Shown here piece after piece: positions 59,374 to 64,000 of a stretch of 64,000 nt of DNA. Each line of letters begins with the position of its first letter. The stretch's first letter is position 1. The notes under the pieces were generated by a model. That model was not told the origin of the DNA and made no database searches. It saw only the letters and a list, made by a program, of their open reading frames with translations. The translations under genes were made by a program, and so were the position numbers. Origin of the DNA: Botryllus schlosseri (Eukaryota); contig CM119378.1 in the NCBI GenBank assembly GCA_051294905.1, forward strand, positions 13,764,001 through 13,828,000, given 5' to 3'.

Positions 59374-61699
59374 CTGGAATTATAAAATTACATGTTTAAG
59401 ATGTTTGCGCAAAAGATTACACTCTTTGTGCAAGTTGCACGCTTATCTTCAAACACACGAGAATAAATTTTCAAACTTTTTTCATGGCCCCCACCCCATA
59501 TTGGAAACCCCTACTCAAATACAGCAGTTTTGCTCAACTTTGACCTTGGGCACACAAAAATATCTCACACTTCATACAAATTACACGGTTATTCTCCAAC
59601 ATGGTTCTCTCATGGCATTCTTAACATAGCACAAATTTGATCGTGATGAAAAATTGTAGGCCTACATCAATAATGCGCACACGCAAAATATTACATGTTG
59701 TACATATTACACAATATATTTTCAAACACATCAGATTTAAGTCAACAAAGTACTCTTCGAGGTGCTTAGTTTCAAATATCCAATCGATAGAATTATAGCT
59801 TACAATGGAGCTGGACGAACGCTAATCTAATTCAAACGAATTACACAGAGCCGGGTATAATGCCGAAAGGTTTCAAGGGTTAAATCAATTGTGTGTGATA
59901 TTATTTCGCGGGAAAAGACTCTTGACTGGAACCAGATAGTGCTCATGGCCAGACAAGTGCCAAATACCGCACAACAAATACAACCAGCTACAAGAGTTGA
60001 ATTATAACTTCGCCATACATGGTAACATTCACTGTAGCGATAATAGACCAATAAATATAGAGCTCTTGTGTAAGTGTCATAAACACAATATAAACAGGGA
60101 TATATCCCTCATCCCTGCTATAAAATGCATGCAAAGTTCATCCATGGTAGTGCCACAATCTCACAACAGCACCATAATGAATATAGCAGAAGAAGGAAAA
60201 TAACTCGGTCATAGAGTTGATTTATTCCCATTTAGCCTGTCATTTACTATGGTCGTACATTTGCACAATGAATTGAGGAACTTACGGTACCTATATATAT
60301 TTTGCTCAGAAGTGTATCAGAAAACTGTCTGCGGGTGTGGGGCTGCAGGTAGATGAATATTTTCAGCAATGAAATGTCGTCATGATGCAATATTGTTTGA
60401 AAATATACCACATACCTTTCCTGGAAGTTACACATGACATAATACATCTCTAAAAGTAAGTGTCACAGAAGTAGAAAAATGTCAACAGCACTCAAGGTTC
60501 ATAATGCCGAGACATTATCCATGCTCCAGATTTGTTTTATTTAGTGCTTAGGTTCCAATTTTGTTCAAATCCAAACATGTCAATAAATTTTGTAATACCT
60601 GGATTTTTTACTCAGTTGGGATTCTAATTCTACAACAATTGTGTTCAAAGGGATTATAATTATGAATAGCAAATCAATTGTTAATTAAACTCATTTGTAC
60701 GACTAGTCATATTCATTCATAGTTCACTCTTAGAAAATCTCCTTCATTGCAAATACAATCTCGCCACTGCATAATTCATGTACAAACCGGGCTAATCCAT
60801 CAACTATATAGCCAGCTGGAAAATGATGTCATCACCATACCACATAGGCAAGGTGACCTTAATAAACTTGCTTCATTCTAGTGGAAGTAAAGTACACTTA
60901 CCCATGGCATTAAGCCTGTTCAATGTGAGATGCTGGTGTGTTGTGATGATAAGGAGTGATGAATAACCAGTTGAAACAACAATCATCTCCAACAACACAC
61001 CATTAGGAAGTAATTAACATTTATGGACTTCCACACTGGATCATAATTCGTGCATACAACGCTTATACCAAGAGCTAGGTATGTTAATACATAGGAATAT
61101 TAGTGGATGACAGGGCAAAGTGATCAATATCCCGATATCAAAATAATTTGAAAATCAAATCAAAGATTCACTTGAAGGTCAGCAATAATTCAAAACATAG
61201 ATGACCATAATTCTGGGTGAAGTCAATTTACTTTAATACCACCCTAAATAAGATACACACTAATCTAGACAATTGATATAGCTGTTGAACAGTGAGGCGC
61301 ATAACTCATTTTCGAGCTTCAGCACTGTAAATACTTCAAGGCCGCTATTTACACTATGAAAATAAAAGCCTGGGGGCGCATTTGCGCTAAGCATCATAAA
61401 GAATGCAGACCTTCTCCGAAATGGAAAAAGAGTTAGGTCGGTTTCTCGTAGAAGCGCCTTTTAAAAATATTGCTACACAAGAGAGGGTGGCTAATTACCC
61501 GTTTCTGCCGACCGCGTATAACCCGACACCAAGAACGCGCTATACGAGTACCAAATCAAATGTAGCAATCCAGACAAGACATTGGGAAATATGAATCAAC
61601 ACTGGCGATGACGCACAATCACGCTGGAATCAAGTTGAATATTTTCAGAAACATCTGACATACAAACTAATTCCAATTACAGATTGATCACCGCACGAA

Positions 61700-63400
61700 C
61701 AACAATATAAGCACAGCGCGACTCCCGGTTTTTATATTCCATTGGCGACACGCCAGCGTTAATATCACACAATTTCGTTAACGTATTTCGATACAGCCAC
61801 GCCATGATCACAGCGCGCAGTGCGTCAATCACCACGTCCAGCATTGCATATTACAGACGCGGAACCCGCAATTAATCCATCAAAAATGTCAACAACAGCG
61901 ATGGAAACGCGCGCTAATTACGGCCCACGCGATTCGCGATTACAGGCTCGCAGGAAAAGTCATTCCAACCGGTGTATCATCGAAATCAACGGCAATAACG
62001 CCAGGCATCGATACCAGCAACTGTGTAGGCTTAGGCTGTAAATAACAGTGCTAATTTCGCGTCTGATACCGACACAATGCCACATCACCAGCGCGGTCTG
62101 CGAATTCGCGTAACAGAATCCGGAAATCTAATATTTGACGACGCCTACGTCATACATTCAGACGTAACAATCCCCAAACGCGTCCTGAGCCTTCGTGCGT
62201 GCGCGATGAATAGTGAATATAACGCAAACAGGGAGAAATGTGGACAAGGTAAATCAGAGGCTAGTTATTACACGTGTGTATATCTAGCCTCTCAAATCGG
62301 CTCAATATCAACGCAATCGCATCGACATTATGGCAAACAAAGGCTAAAATACGTCGGGAAACGCCATAGAAAGTCACGGGGCGTCCAATTTCCGTAATCC
62401 GTCGCAACGTCATGTCGCAATCAAAACCCGGTATTCACAATCAGCGAGTCATCGCTCGCAAAAAGACTTTACATCGCGACCGCGCGCAATAAAAAAGCCT
62501 TGGTAATTCGGCGCGGGCACAAAGGCTACGATTATTCACGGGTTTGAAACACCAAAATAGAATACCCCCGCGTAAACGTTACGGAAAACGCTTTCGAGCG
62601 CAGAAAATGTAACTAATACCGCTCCGAAGTCTAACTTATCCATGTCGCGGACCGTGAACATAAACCCGCGCTACGCGTTTGAAAATAGCTAACAGCGAGG
62701 CGGTCGGCTTGCAGAAGATTGCATACTTCGTCCTACCAGACGAGAAATATTTCAAGACTTTCACGGTGAACTTAATGCCGAATCGTCGATCAAAGTCCGC
62801 CGTGCATGCACCGCAGAACGAGACTGTATCGCTAGCATCGGTCCGCTTACTGATTATAATTATCGGAAGTCTCTCGGGTCGAGCTGGGTTAAGTTTATAA
62901 TTTACGATTCGGGTATCGACGCCGCCCGTCCGCTGTTTGCATAATATTTGATCACGTCCGAATATTAAGGTCAAATTTGTAACGCATATTTGCAATCATG
63001 TCTCGTATTTGGTACGCACAAATACCCACACATATCGCCGCTTTTATAAAAAATGTATCGAGCGCTGTACCACAACACACCACGGAAAGCGTATGGAAGA
63101 AAAATAATGAAAACCACAACTTAATGGCGAGGGTGTGCGTTCCACTTATACAGGCAGATAGATTCGGTGAAAACAGACGTAAATATTTCACATCCTCGTT
63201 ATGATATCCGAAGAATATTCGTCAACAGATACACTCTCACACCGTTTGCAAAATTATGCATACCATGCGATAACCCCCACATGTTTTGTAGGCAAATCAA
63301 TGCCACCATGTCGCGTTCGAGATCCTGCCTCTACTTATCCGCATTGCTAATTTGCACCGCTACCAATCAGTCAGCATAAAAACAACAATTCACAAATCAC
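61700..63400. promoter_or_regulatory. CpG-rich non-coding stretch, possible p190 regulatory or promoter-proximal DNA
   Basis: Visibly high CG/CGCG density relative to 59400-61300; no convincing ORF or repeat. Confidence 0.3.
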
Positions 63401-64000
63401 CAGACCATTATCGCAATGCAATACATCATCACGCGCTGTGAGCAATGGGTGTCATTTTACGGAATCCTTTCACCAGCGGTGTTGAGAAACATTCCACAAA
63501 TAAAAGACAGCAACCCGCTTCACCATAAAAGGCGACCAGAGGCCGGCAGGAAACCAGATATAATAATCGCGTGGCGAAAAGAGAATTCTACTATGCACCA
63601 TCAGCTGCACCCTAGAAGCTATATTACAAGTTCACGCTGTCAAGCTGCCAAACGCAGCCAAAACAAGTAGAGATCTCCCCATCGAGCGGCAATATCCGCT
63701 AGAACACAATTTCTGGATTTCATCAGCATGAAAACGCGACTTTGCGGACGTAATGAAGATAGGTCGGCAGTTATCATCGAAAGTCCTAGTAAACCCACTG
63801 ATAATAATATAATAAAATAAGCACAAAGAATTTCAAGAGTACAGTAAGCAAACTTTGTTTGAACTCACAATTATCCAACCACAACATATCTGTGTCGAAA
63901 TGGGTGGATAGGGAATGGCAATTGATAGAAGCACTACAATGCCAAGACAGTCAAGACGCTCTGCTAGTATACTTTTGCAATCAATTACACATTTCTAAAC

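Noticed and set aside
59374-64000. N-terminal GTPase exons of p190
   Set aside because: No GKSCLCNRF, EQTEF or KLMY-like motifs were found by eye; these exons probably lie beyond the window.

Overview
Animal genomic DNA: AT-rich, spliceosomal introns, many MITEs. The style suggests an invertebrate deuterostome such as a tunicate, but the taxon is a guess. Three host genes are well supported. (1) An intronless ER ubiquitin-conjugating enzyme UBE2J2/Ubc6 (minus, 22015-22653). (2) A 7-exon sorbitol dehydrogenase SORD (plus, 24033-25462, 352 aa, one GC-AG intron), head-to-head with UBE2J2. (3) A p190 RhoGAP of ARHGAP35/ARHGAP5 type (minus, 26325 to at least 59373). I traced 24 of its exons with consistent splice phase; at least one middle exon is unresolved and the N-terminal GTPase exons were not found in the window. 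The first 22 kb is accessory DNA. Main observations: (a) a ~14.8-kb segment (1614-16409) bounded by hAT Charlie/Buster-type TIRs and a perfect 8-bp TSD (GCCTACAA), with no transposase I can recognise; (b) inside it, a decayed GC-rich intronless ORF ending in a Tpt1/KptA-like NAD-dependent ADP-ribosyltransferase/RNA 2'-phosphotransferase domain; (c) a dispersed repeat carrying a minimal type I hammerhead ribozyme with a palindromic helix III and a 7-bp loop II pseudoknot, with one intact copy at 16637 and an identical one on the sense strand of a p190RhoGAP intron. All protein identifications are by eye from remembered family motifs; no database searches were run.
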